Source: a virus (lineage: Duplodnaviria; Caudoviricetes). Taken from it: 39,403 bases of DNA. Shown here one piece after another: positions 16,848-25,527 of this stretch. Where the stretch lies: IMG/VR virus record IMGVR_UViG_3300020149_000002, positions 1-39,403 of that record; one strand, 5' to 3'. A program made the translations under genes and the position numbers. Under the pieces are notes generated by a model. That model was not told the origin of the DNA, did not search any database, and saw only the letters and a list, made by a program, of their open reading frames with translations. The stretch's first letter is position 1. Each line of letters begins with the position of its first letter.

Positions 16848-17276
16848 TCAGGTTGCGGTCGGCCGATAGGCCACATCTTCAATCAATTCGACCACCAAAA
16901 ACGTAGCCGCATTGCTGTTGGCATAAGACAGCCCGACAAACTTGCCGTCAGGAATTGTTGCCGGATCGACGCAAAAATCAACAATCGTGTTTCCGCTGGC
17001 TCCAGGAACCGAATAGCTCTTTCCATTCGTTTGCCTTACACCGTTCGCGAAAACCGGCACGTCGATCGGGTATGCAGTCGCGTTGGTGCCGCCGGCATCG
17101 TCCGCGTATTTCAGCGACAGCGCGAGGGCGGCTGCGTTTCCTTTTGTAGCGATGGCCCGAATGGTCAGTCCCATCGTGCCAGCGGTTGGGGCTAGATAAG
17201 CTTGCGTGCCGGTGTCTGTCGCCTGTGGCGACAGCAGGACGCGGGAACGGTAACGCTCCGGGATTTGAGTGATCAT
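16848..17276 (-). CDS. Hypothetical virion protein (possible capsid decoration)
   Basis: Directly after the major capsid gene; beta-rich; GGAGGTG SD. Confidence 0.5.
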   Translation of the reverse strand: MITQIPERYRSRVLLSPQATDTGTQAYLAPTAGTMGLTIRAIATKGNAAALALSLKYADDAGGTNATAYPIDVPVFANGVRQTNGKSYSVPGASGNTIVDFCVDPATIPDGKFVGLSYANSNAATFLVVELIEDVAYRPTAT

Positions 17277-17303
17277 AGTACACCTCCGATTTGATGTGAC
17301 GGT

Positions 17304-18566
17304 TTAAGCGCGGGTGGCGAGTGTTACAAACGGACTGCGCTGATTGGTTGAATTCTTGATCGTCAGCTTCTTGTTCACCTTCGGCATGCCGTTTGCCCGG
17401 AAAATAAACCGGAAGCAGTTTTCAGCCGTCAGGAACTGGACGTGAATCGATGTCGCAGCGTCCACGCCGCCTTTGTAGGCGAGCATGTATTGAGAAAGAT
17501 CGACAAAATTGACGTCACCTACCGTGCCGAGCGCTGAACAATGATCGCTGTCGATAATCGGACGCCCGCGGAGGGTGTCGATCGAGCCCTGCTGGGAAGC
17601 CGGAAGGTAGACCGGAACGCCGCCAGAACCGACCGGAAAGCTCAGGAAGTCAAATTGCTCGTGCGCATCAGGATGTGCAAGCCATACGCAACGAGTCTTG
17701 TCCAACACCCTATTGTACATGCCGGAAAGGTTTTTCCAGGTGATGCTGCCCGCTTCCTGCCCCGATTCCTTCGCGATGGACACCAACGACCCGCTTTTGA
17801 GGATGCCTGTCGGCTTGCCCACACCATCGCCGGAAATGACTGCCCCTTCCATTGTTCGCTGAATAGCCAATGAAAAGGCACGGTTGATTAAGGTGTCAAC
17901 AAAACTTGAATCGCTGTTGAGCTCATACGTGACATAAGAGAATCCCATCAACTTTTCGAGCTCCAATTTTTTCTCTACGAGCTTCGGCCTCGATGCGGCC
18001 ACGGTGGCCGCTTCGGCGGCCCAGTATACACGGACGCCACCAAAAACGGAAGTGCTGACATCGTCCTCGTCGATATCCACCCATTTAACGGAATCGGAGC
18101 CGTCTTTAACTTCATAGCTATCCAGTTTCGGCAGGATATCGCCCGCCGTCGCTGCAGACTGCATCATCACACCGGCAAAGTCTGTCTGCACAGCGAAACC
18201 GCCGTCGCTGCCCGTGCTGGTGTTGCCGCCCATTGCGTTGTGCACCGTCATCAACTTATCCGACATCTGTCCTTGTGCCGCCATTTTGATATCGCGCAGC
18301 TGCTCCGTCAGATTTTTGTACGGTTTCGGCAGTGGCTCATTGATGCTCTCGATGATCGGTTTATTAACCGGCTTTTTGTCGTCCGCCTCCAGGTTTGCCT
18401 GCTTGTTCAGGATCGCAATTTGCTTCTCGTTGTTGTCGTACTCCCGCTCCTGCTCCTCGTAGGCCGTGATGTCCTCGGCAGTCATGGTGTCCCTGTCGGC
18501 CAAACTGCGCATTGATGTCAGTAGTACTTGTTGACGAGCAAGCAGTTTTTGCAGTTTTTCATTCAT
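17304..18566 (-). CDS. Major capsid protein, HK97 family
   Basis: N-terminal coiled delta domain; DGGFAV, W.AE, GDG.GKP.GI motifs. Confidence 0.95.
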   Translation of the reverse strand: MNEKLQKLLARQQVLLTSMRSLADRDTMTAEDITAYEEQEREYDNNEKQIAILNKQANLEADDKKPVNKPIIESINEPLPKPYKNLTEQLRDIKMAAQGQMSDKLMTVHNAMGGNTSTGSDGGFAVQTDFAGVMMQSAATAGDILPKLDSYEVKDGSDSVKWVDIDEDDVSTSVFGGVRVYWAAEAATVAASRPKLVEKKLELEKLMGFSYVTYELNSDSSFVDTLINRAFSLAIQRTMEGAVISGDGVGKPTGILKSGSLVSIAKESGQEAGSITWKNLSGMYNRVLDKTRCVWLAHPDAHEQFDFLSFPVGSGGVPVYLPASQQGSIDTLRGRPIIDSDHCSALGTVGDVNFVDLSQYMLAYKGGVDAATSIHVQFLTAENCFRFIFRANGMPKVNKKLTIKNSTNQRSPFVTLATRA

Positions 18567-19369
18567 TTCGTGTGCCTCCCGAATTGTTTTTCGCGTACAC
18601 TGACGCGCCTTGCTATATCGATAACCCGCTGCTGCGGAATATCTTTGTTTTTAGCTGCGGCGTGGGCTCCGTCACCCGCCTGCAGCTTTTGCCATTGCTC
18701 AAAAAATCGCTTCATGACGTTCTCTGTGCTGTTCATGATCGACCGCCGACCAACGGAAAAAGCATTCTGAGCAGCTTCGCCCTCACCATCATCTGTCTGC
18801 GCGTTTGCATACAGCATGCCGTCTGCGAAGCCATCTGCCATCGCCTTACGAGCAGACATCCAAGTTTCGTCGTCCATCATTCTCGAAAGCTTGTTCCGGC
18901 TAAGACCCGTCCGTTCCCGATAAACATTGAGAATCGTTTCCTTGACCTCGTCCAAAACGTCCGCCTGATGGCGCATGTCCTTCGCTTCACCCATCGCGAA
19001 CGACCAGGGGTTGTGAATCATGAGGATGCTTGCCGGGCTCATCAAGATTTCGTCGCCAGCCATCGCGATAACCGAGGCGGCCGATACAGCCTTTCCGTCA
19101 ACCTTGACCGTCACTTTCCCCTTGTGCTCCTTGAGCGCGTTGTAGATTCCAGCGCCAGCAAACACGTCGCCGCCCCAGCTGTCTACCCAAACCGTGATGT
19201 TTTTCCCTTTTTGTTCGGATAGCGCCGAACGGAAGGCGTTGGGCGATGCTGTCGGAATATCGAACCATTCGTAAATCCAAGCGTCGTCATCACTGACAAT
19301 CTCACCCTCGATTCGCAGCTCGACATCTTCTTCGGGTGCGGCCGCGTTCTTGAAACTCCAGAACGGCAT
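18563..19369 (-). CDS. Prohead maturation protease, ClpP-like
   Basis: S.GGDVF.G..IYN.L, G.A.SAASVIAMAGD, MIHNP, ETWM.A; start moved to MPFWSF (AAGGGGTG SD). Confidence 0.92.
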   Translation of the reverse strand: MPFWSFKNAAAPEEDVELRIEGEIVSDDDAWIYEWFDIPTASPNAFRSALSEQKGKNITVWVDSWGGDVFAGAGIYNALKEHKGKVTVKVDGKAVSAASVIAMAGDEILMSPASILMIHNPWSFAMGEAKDMRHQADVLDEVKETILNVYRERTGLSRNKLSRMMDDETWMSARKAMADGFADGMLYANAQTDDGEGEAAQNAFSVGRRSIMNSTENVMKRFFEQWQKLQAGDGAHAAAKNKDIPQQRVIDIARRVSVREKQFGRHTK

Positions 19370-19370
19370 G

Positions 19371-20645
19371 TTACGCCACCCCTTTCTCTGCAAAAAGATT
19401 TTTGATTTCCTCGAATATCGCTTTTGCCTGCGCTGTCGCTTCTGGCGTCTTTCCCGCTTCAATCATGTTTGTCGGCTCCAGGTAACGGTCGCCGTTCGGG
19501 ATGGCCGGCATGTTCTCCAGCCGACGGATATCGTTGACGGACAACCAGCCCCATTGTCGACCGATGGCATATGCCTCGGCCCGGCTTTTAGCGTCGCCGC
19601 GAAGGAGTGCGTCGACCTTAAACTCCAAATAAAAACCAGCCCTTCGTTCGGCTGGTGTGAGGAGCTGCATATTGAGATTTTCTTCGATGCGGCGAAACCA
19701 CGGCAGCATGGTGTACATGACAAACTCCAACGACTGATGCTCGATGTTCGAAAACGTCGCGTTGTCCAAATGCTGAATCAGGTGCAACGGTACGCGATAG
19801 ATACGGGCGATGTCCTGCAACTGGAATTTTTTGTTCTCGATCAGTTGGGCATCGGCCGGATTGATACTGAACGGCAGAAATTTCCCGCCGCCTTCCAAGA
19901 TCATGGGGATACCCGCATTCTTCGCGCCTTGATAATTCTTCTTCATATCCTGCTTGAAGCGCCCATACGCCTCGTCTGATAGCTCACCCTCGAACGAAAA
20001 AGCGCCGGACGGGAACGCGCCGTTGCGAAACAGGTTTACACCAAACTGTTCATAGGATTGCCCGAGCTGAATCGCCGACGCCGAAAACGCCAGAGGCGAG
20101 ACGCCGATCACACCGTCAAGGCTCAAGCCCGGAATGTGTAGTGCCGTGTCGCGCGACAACGTTTTGGCAACCGTTCTTGACGACGAGCTGATTTTGTACC
20201 GCAGCCGCTTTTGCTCGTCGCGGTCTATCGTTACGATGCCGGGTGTATATGGATACAAGCCGACGATGGAACCGCGCCGATCAACCAGCTTTTCGCAAAC
20301 GGCGTTACCATTCGTGTTGAGCGACATCATGATCTGTTCCTTAAAATTGAACGGGCTCATTTCTTCGTTCGGCCGGTTATGCAGCACATCAAATATACCG
20401 AGGTCATTCCGACCTTCACGGTCTCCGTCCTCTTTCTTTCGGTACAGCAGGATGGGAACACTGGCTGCTGTCTCAGCCAAAACGCGGAGACAAGCAAAGA
20501 CCGCTGTGTACTTCATGGCCGCTGTCGTATTCATGGGCCCGGCGCGTGGGATATTCACTTCAACGTCGTCGCCAAATAGGAAGCGTTGCACAACTTCGTC
20601 AAAGTTGTTCGAGAATACGAGTCGCATTTTCTGGAATACATTCAC
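19371..20645 (-). CDS. Portal protein, HK97 family
   Basis: V.AC...LAE..A, PN..M, G.SP, IARIYRVP.H, FSNIEHQ, N.IR..EN motifs. Confidence 0.95.
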   Translation of the reverse strand: MNVFQKMRLVFSNNFDEVVQRFLFGDDVEVNIPRAGPMNTTAAMKYTAVFACLRVLAETAASVPILLYRKKEDGDREGRNDLGIFDVLHNRPNEEMSPFNFKEQIMMSLNTNGNAVCEKLVDRRGSIVGLYPYTPGIVTIDRDEQKRLRYKISSSSRTVAKTLSRDTALHIPGLSLDGVIGVSPLAFSASAIQLGQSYEQFGVNLFRNGAFPSGAFSFEGELSDEAYGRFKQDMKKNYQGAKNAGIPMILEGGGKFLPFSINPADAQLIENKKFQLQDIARIYRVPLHLIQHLDNATFSNIEHQSLEFVMYTMLPWFRRIEENLNMQLLTPAERRAGFYLEFKVDALLRGDAKSRAEAYAIGRQWGWLSVNDIRRLENMPAIPNGDRYLEPTNMIEAGKTPEATAQAKAIFEEIKNLFAEKGVA

Positions 20646-20662
20646 CGTTTACCCTCCTCCTT

Positions 20663-22492
20663 TCAGTCATCATCGAGCAAGCTTCGCATGCCGCGCTTCT
20701 CGTAGACGTTTTTGATCTGGATTAGCATCGCGCGCGAAAGGGCGTTGATGATAGCTGCGATCAAGTCGATCCGCTGGCTGTCATCCTTATGTTTCTTGCT
20801 GAGCTTGATGTTGCCGTTATTGTCGATGATCTCGACGGCATTGGATAGGCACCAAGTTAGCAAAGGGCTTCCGTCGTGAACGATAAGTCCTTTGAGGATC
20901 AGTTCACGAAAGAATTTCGTTGGTTCCGACAGTGTTTGCACCCCTTGCCGGATTTCAACGGCATCGTATCCGCAAGCTTCCATTTCTTGTGCAAAATGAG
21001 TGGCGTTGTAGGGATCGTAGTCGACCTCCACGATATTCCACCCCTCATTAAGCTCCTGCTCGATCAGGTGTGACTTGATGTATCGGTAATCAGTAACAGC
21101 ACCTTCGGTTAATGTGCACCAGCCCTCCTGCGCCCACGCCCGGTATGGGACGCGGTCCGAATGCTCGTGCTTGGTCGCCGTCTCCTCCGGCATAAAACCA
21201 TGAGCCGATACTGCGAACAATGGCTTGATTATTCCCTTGGCTGTCTCGATCGGCGTATCGCCATCCAATTTAAATACAAATCCATCTGCCGTAAGGTCGA
21301 TGCGTTTGGACAAATCCAAGCCAGCCCAAGCATCACGACCGCGCACCAACGACAAAAACGCCTCTCGCGAAACCGCAAGGGCCTTCCATTTATCCATGAT
21401 GCCGGACATGTATTTGTTTTCTGCGTCAGCCTGCCAACGATTGACTCGCTTAATGAGCCATTCCCGGATTTTGTTCGGATCGCCGCTATTATAGGCTTCA
21501 TCGTGTTCTGCCCGGATTTGCCTGCGCAGCTCCTGCGAATAGGAATTGTCCTCCTGCAGCACTGGATTGGCTGTCACCCACAGCGACTCGTCATGCGGAT
21601 CGGCATCGTCGGGCAATTCACGTATCATCACAAAGTACGTTTCCTGCATCGGTGTATCGCCGCGCAGCATCTTGCGCAAGATATCGTATTCCTTCTTGCA
21701 CGGGCTGTTCTCCGCGTCCTTCCCCGCCGTTGAAATGATTTGCATTAAACTCTGCCACCGCTTGCCGAAACCTGAATAGGATACGTCTAAGATTTCGGAT
21801 GTCGGGTGTGCATGGTATTCATCGATAACAACCAGACACGGCGCGCCGGAATCCTTATTTTTTGTATCCTTGCTCAGCGGTTTAAGCAAACCCCCACGAC
21901 TCGCGTGCTCGATGTAGCCCCGCCGAATTCGCAAGCGCTTGGAAATTTTCGGGCTGTTCATGCCCATCTCGCGGGCGTCCCCCCAAACGCGCTTAGCTTG
22001 CCCTTTGTCGACGGCGGCACAATCCACTTCTGGACTGTTCTCATACTTTCGCTCCTCAGGACGGCCAGGCGGATAGATACAGTCCGCGCACATGCTGTAG
22101 AGGGCAAGTCCACTCATTTCAGTAGACTTGACGTTTCCGCGGGCTCGCAAATGGAAAGCCTTGCGGAATCGGCGCTGTCCCGAATCCATGTGTACCCAGC
22201 CGTAGACGGCGCCGAGGTCGAATTTTTGAAACGGCAGCAGCTCGATCAACTGGCCGGAGAACGGTCCACGTACATGCTGGCAGTAGTTCTCAAACCATTC
22301 GAAAACACGATCCGCTCGGCTTTCGTCGAATACATAGGGAAAATCAGCCGTCGCCTGGTGCCGCAAATCTCTTAGGTGGCGCTCACATGCCAGTCGCTCC
22401 ATTTCGCAGCTCGGCCGCTGGCCGGTTACGATCTCAGCGGCATAACGATGTGTCGGGTGCACATCATCCCATTTAGTTGAGTAGTTCGTCAT
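20663..22492 (-). CDS. terL: Terminase large subunit
   Basis: Walker A-like ARGNVKS, VIDEYH Walker B, GLDLS..DLT, YDPYNA, RID nuclease motifs. Confidence 0.95.
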   Translation of the reverse strand: MTNYSTKWDDVHPTHRYAAEIVTGQRPSCEMERLACERHLRDLRHQATADFPYVFDESRADRVFEWFENYCQHVRGPFSGQLIELLPFQKFDLGAVYGWVHMDSGQRRFRKAFHLRARGNVKSTEMSGLALYSMCADCIYPPGRPEERKYENSPEVDCAAVDKGQAKRVWGDAREMGMNSPKISKRLRIRRGYIEHASRGGLLKPLSKDTKNKDSGAPCLVVIDEYHAHPTSEILDVSYSGFGKRWQSLMQIISTAGKDAENSPCKKEYDILRKMLRGDTPMQETYFVMIRELPDDADPHDESLWVTANPVLQEDNSYSQELRRQIRAEHDEAYNSGDPNKIREWLIKRVNRWQADAENKYMSGIMDKWKALAVSREAFLSLVRGRDAWAGLDLSKRIDLTADGFVFKLDGDTPIETAKGIIKPLFAVSAHGFMPEETATKHEHSDRVPYRAWAQEGWCTLTEGAVTDYRYIKSHLIEQELNEGWNIVEVDYDPYNATHFAQEMEACGYDAVEIRQGVQTLSEPTKFFRELILKGLIVHDGSPLLTWCLSNAVEIIDNNGNIKLSKKHKDDSQRIDLIAAIINALSRAMLIQIKNVYEKRGMRSLLDDD

Positions 22493-22964
22493 TCAGATCA
22501 CCGTCACCATCCGCTTGTCGCTTGGCAAGTCTCGCCCGCGATTCCGCGTTTAGGCCCAGCTTATTGGAGTAGGCCAGCGCAATCGTCGCGTATCGCTGCG
22601 ACATCTGCACGTAAGCATTCGGCACCATGACGCCGGACTTGTTGCGCTCCGTCATTCCATGCTCGTCGATTAAGTGGTTGGCCTCCTGGACCTTACTGAC
22701 CGCGTCGCAGTAGATGCCGAGCACATCCTCGTCCACTTTGTCGAGTACGCCGAATTCTTCCATGTCTTTTACCGTTTTCCGCCAAATTTTACGAGCGGAA
22801 TCGTCAAGCCAAGCGGGAATTTTTAAATTTAATCGCTTTTTTCGTTCGAATTTCTTGGCGGCTTTTTCACGGGATTCGACTTCCTTTTTCGTCCAGTTCT
22901 TCCCGCCGCCCTTTTTCCCAATTCGCATGTGGTCGAAACTCACGACTTGGTTGCCCATCGGCAC
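22473..22964 (-). CDS. terS: Terminase small subunit, P27 family
   Basis: P.WL...A..IW, D...L..YC, LGL...SR..L. Confidence 0.9.
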   Translation of the reverse strand: MPMGNQVVSFDHMRIGKKGGGKNWTKKEVESREKAAKKFERKKRLNLKIPAWLDDSARKIWRKTVKDMEEFGVLDKVDEDVLGIYCDAVSKVQEANHLIDEHGMTERNKSGVMVPNAYVQMSQRYATIALAYSNKLGLNAESRARLAKRQADGDGDLNDELLN

Positions 22965-23100
22965 ACCTCCTCCCGTTCCCGATATCGCGATGGGGACTTT
23001 TTTTCACATTTGAGGGGCACGCGGTCTCATAGCATTAGCCTGCCAGAGATTTCACCCCCCCTACCCCTCGTCTTCGCGGCCACCCGATCAGGAATTCGCC
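22965..23100. other. Probable cos / packaging-initiation region
   Basis: Non-coding interval upstream of terS in an HNH + P27 terminase phage; G-rich GGGGTAGGGGGGGTGAAATCT on the minus strand; exact cut site not determinable. Confidence 0.4.
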
Positions 23101-23106
23101 AAAACG

Positions 23107-23135
23107 TTGACATTTGTTCAACAATATGTTATTCT
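23107..23135 (+). promoter_or_regulatory. Strong sigmaA promoter with overlapping inverted repeats
   Basis: TTGACA-17 bp-TATTCT with TG extension; GTTGA-N7-TCAAC and TTGTT-C-AACAA palindromes overlap it. Confidence 0.8.
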
Positions 23136-23207
23136 TATTTCAACAGCAAGAGACGCGGAATACCAACAAGCCGCAGAAAGCGGATGAGGCGGAAGGATGA
23201 AACCATT

Positions 23208-23423
23208 ATGAAAATTATCGAACTGATCCAACAAGCTCAAGAAGTAGGTTTTAACAAAGTAAATGATGGTGCTGAAACATGGGATATCGATAGCTTTGCA
23301 GACGCCATGTCCGACGACGAAGGCGACTACGCTCTGCATCACAACGGCAACGTCTATCGTTACAATGCTGATGGTTTCGAAGAATCCGCTCACTGCTTCA
23401 AATTTGAACGCTTGGGGGAGTAA
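23208..23423 (+). CDS. Small acidic moron protein, 71 aa
   Basis: MKIIELIQ...FERLGE; GGAAGGA SD; 16 D/E versus 5 K/R; downstream of the consensus promoter. Confidence 0.75.
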   Translation: MKIIELIQQAQEVGFNKVNDGAETWDIDSFADAMSDDEGDYALHHNGNVYRYNADGFEESAHCFKFERLGE

Positions 23424-23605
23424 TTCCTCCACTTGTCGGATACAAGGAAACTTGTGAAATTCTTGGTTGGGAATACCCGAAGAACCGAACGATGATTGAT
23501 ACATATCGGAAGCGCGGTAAATTCCCAGAGCCTATCCAAGTACTGGCATGTGGACCGATCTGGACGCGCAAGCAAATTGAAGACTTTCGGGACTCTCGTC
23601 GTTGA
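23423..23605 (+). CDS. AlpA/Xis-like winged-HTH protein, about 60 aa, non-canonical start (not in ORF track)
   Basis: Hand-translated IPPLVGYKETCEILGWEYPKNRTMIDTYRKRGKFPEPIQVLACGPIWTRKQIEDFRDSRR*; G.FP.P......W....I pattern; -1 frame relative to the upstream gene. Confidence 0.65.
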   Translation: MPPLVGYKETCEILGWEYPKNRTMIDTYRKRGKFPEPIQVLACGPIWTRKQIEDFRDSRR

Positions 23606-23620
23606 GGGTCTTTTTCTTTC
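23591..23620 (+). terminator. Intrinsic terminator closing the moron
   Basis: GACUCUCG-UCGU-UGAGGGUC hairpin followed by UUUUUCUUUC. Confidence 0.7.
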
Positions 23621-23623
23621 TTT

Positions 23624-23980
23624 TTATCGTCCGAATCCCCCATCCTCCAGAACGGTCTTACGGTCGTGGTGCATCTTGCACAGCGGCTGCCAGTTGTTGC
23701 GGTCCCAGAATAGCACCTTGTCTCCCCGGTGCGGCTTGATATGGTCCACAATCACGGCAGCGCTAATCATCCCAGCAACATAACAGTGTGCGCAAAGCGG
23801 ATGCTTGGCAAGGTAGCCAGCGCGCGCCGATCTCCATTTGCTGTCGTAGCCACGCTGAGCAGCCGTGCCCCGCTGTTTGTCCTGTTGCTGGGCAAGATGC
23901 TTGTGGTCATCGCAATACCGCTCTGTCGTTAGCCTGCCGCAGCCAGCTTTGGAACAAGGTTTCTTTGGTTTTCCCGGCAT
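23624..23980 (-). CDS. Terminase-associated HNH endonuclease
   Basis: RGY...W...R...L..HPLC..C...VDHI.PH.G...LFWD..NWQ.LC..HH..KT. Confidence 0.93.
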   Translation of the reverse strand: MPGKPKKPCSKAGCGRLTTERYCDDHKHLAQQQDKQRGTAAQRGYDSKWRSARAGYLAKHPLCAHCYVAGMISAAVIVDHIKPHRGDKVLFWDRNNWQPLCKMHHDRKTVLEDGGFGR

Positions 23981-24068
23981 CTTTACCCCCTAAATACTGG
24001 TCGATTTATACATCGTGTAACTCTGTGGGACACTTTTTGGCCAACCAAAAAGTTATCCACAGCCCCCC

Positions 24069-24116
24069 AAAAGTGGCCCAAACCCAGTCGTGGCGCGGGT
24101 TTGGGCCACTTTTTTG
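24069..24116. repeat. 17-bp perfect inverted repeat (terminator-like on +)
   Basis: AAAAGTGGCCCAAACCC-N11-GGGTTTGGGCCACTTTT, followed by TTT. Confidence 0.7.
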
Positions 24117-24126
24117 AGGTCGTTCT

Positions 24127-24243
24127 GAGTTACACTTATCTTATAATCTGTGTAACTCGTTTGATAATCCCAAGTGCTTGGTAATACTGGCTTTTCTGAA
24201 CTTGCGGCCAGTCACTTACACCTATGCGAAATATGTGTAATTC
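24127..24243. promoter_or_regulatory. Putative tyrosine-recombinase binding/resolution sites
   Basis: GAGTTACAC-N14-GTGTAACTC (24127-24158), TTACAC-N13-GTGTAA (24216-24240) and a half-site GTGTAACTC (24015-24023), all just downstream of the recombinase gene. Confidence 0.55.
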
Positions 24244-24253
24244 GCAATAAATT

Positions 24254-24799
24254 TCAGGCTTTAAATCGCTTGAGAATGGTATCCATAGAGTCCTGCTCTA
24301 TGCCAATGTAGCGGAGTGTCACCCGTTCGCTGGAGTGGTTGAAGAATTGCATCAATCGCCCGATGTCCTTCTGCGTCTGCTGGTAAAACAGCAGGCCGAA
24401 CGTTTTGCGAAGCGTGTGACACCCGATGTCATCCAGTCCGAACTCATCCGCAATTTGCTGCATGATCTTGTAAGCCATGCTGCGGCCGATCGGGCGGTTT
24501 GTGCCTTGCCTGCTTTTGATCAGGTACTCGTGATGGCGCCGGCCCTTGATAAACTCTTGCAGTTCGCGTTTAAGCTCCGGTGTTATAAGGATGCGCTTTT
24601 CCTTCTTGGTCTTCTTTTCCCGGAGCGATATGTGCGTTCCGGCTACATCGCGGACCCGCAAACGTAAAATATCGCTGATGCGAAGCCCGGTGTTGATGCC
24701 GAGCAGGAACAGGATGTAGTTGCGCGCATTCGTTTCTCGAAGGTGATCCTTGATGTCACCCAGAATTTCCTTGTCTCGGATGGGCTGGACGAAATTCAT
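24254..24799 (-). CDS. Small tyrosine recombinase (catalytic domain only)
   Basis: GLRISD (R), HTLRKT (H-x-x-R), NHSS (H), LRYIG (Y). Confidence 0.93.
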   Translation of the reverse strand: MNFVQPIRDKEILGDIKDHLRETNARNYILFLLGINTGLRISDILRLRVRDVAGTHISLREKKTKKEKRILITPELKRELQEFIKGRRHHEYLIKSRQGTNRPIGRSMAYKIMQQIADEFGLDDIGCHTLRKTFGLLFYQQTQKDIGRLMQFFNHSSERVTLRYIGIEQDSMDTILKRFKA

Positions 24800-25137
24800 C
24801 GCGCTACCTCAGCCACGATCATATTGCTGAGATTGATGTTGTCGTGTTCGCGCTGCCGGCGCAGCCAGCGTATAGCTGCCGGCAGGTCCATTGTTGTTTT
24901 GCCGTAGCAAGTCACGAGCAGGATCGCGTCGTCCGCCTTCTCGAAATACCACCATACGCCGCCGATCTGAACGAATCCATCTTTAGGCCGGCCGTGATCG
25001 CCAGCAAGCATTTGCTCGCGACATCTCGTTTCCAACACAGCTGCTTCTACAGCCTCAACTCTGTCGCAGTATTGCTTGTGGGCATGAGTGGATACAAATA
25101 GCGTTAAGTCTGCATATCGATTCATGTCTCCTTTCAC
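24796..25137 (-). CDS. Hypothetical protein (first gene of the late transcript)
   Basis: ORF with AAGGAG SD; HA..QYC.RV motif. Confidence 0.65.
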   Translation of the reverse strand: MKGDMNRYADLTLFVSTHAHKQYCDRVEAVEAAVLETRCREQMLAGDHGRPKDGFVQIGGVWWYFEKADDAILLVTCYGKTTMDLPAAIRWLRRQREHDNINLSNMIVAEVAR

Positions 25138-25189
25138 CTACTCCTTGTAAATTGTCCTTACATATATAGGTGGCAATCGCATGACAAAA

Positions 25190-25206
25190 TTCGACACTTT
25201 TCGACA
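25190..25206 (-). promoter_or_regulatory. Tandem Spo0A (0A) boxes
   Basis: Two exact TGTCGAA on the minus strand (25206-25200, 25196-25190) separated by 3 bp. Confidence 0.55.
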
Positions 25207-25209
25207 AAT

Positions 25210-25232
25210 AAAAAAAGAACCCTTTCGGGTCC
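25210..25232 (-). terminator. Intrinsic terminator ending the early/middle operon
   Basis: GGACCC-GAAA-GGGUUC followed by U7. Confidence 0.8.
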
Positions 25233-25233
25233 A

Positions 25234-25503
25234 TTATGACTGGCGGGAAGCAGCGGATTTAATAAGGCTCAGGATACTATCGATCGTACTTTGATCGATG
25301 CCAGCCAACCAAGCCAGTGTACTCAGTTCATCTTTTGATGGTTCGCGACCAATGCAAGCTCGGACGGTTTCTACAAACGGTTTATACCGCTCGACCTGCC
25401 ACTCTTCCATCACCAATCCTTCTGGACGATATGCAGTTGCGAGATCGCGTTCAACCCATTCCACCCGACCTCGATCGTTTACGCCTTTATATTTCAAGTC
25501 CAT
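25234..25503 (-). CDS. Hypothetical protein
   Basis: 89-aa ORF with AAAGGGG SD. Confidence 0.7.
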   Translation of the reverse strand: MDLKYKGVNDRGRVEWVERDLATAYRPEGLVMEEWQVERYKPFVETVRACIGREPSKDELSTLAWLAGIDQSTIDSILSLIKSAASRQS

Positions 25504-25527
25504 AAAAGCAGCCCCCTTTCCTTGATT

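Noticed and set aside
22929-23207. N-terminal extension of the 164-aa + ORF
   Set aside because: Overlaps terS and spans the promoter; the SD-supported start is 23208
23118-23751. Minus-strand ORFs 23118-23504, 23390-23575 and 23398-23751
   Set aside because: Antisense shadows of the + strand moron, which has promoter, SD and terminator support
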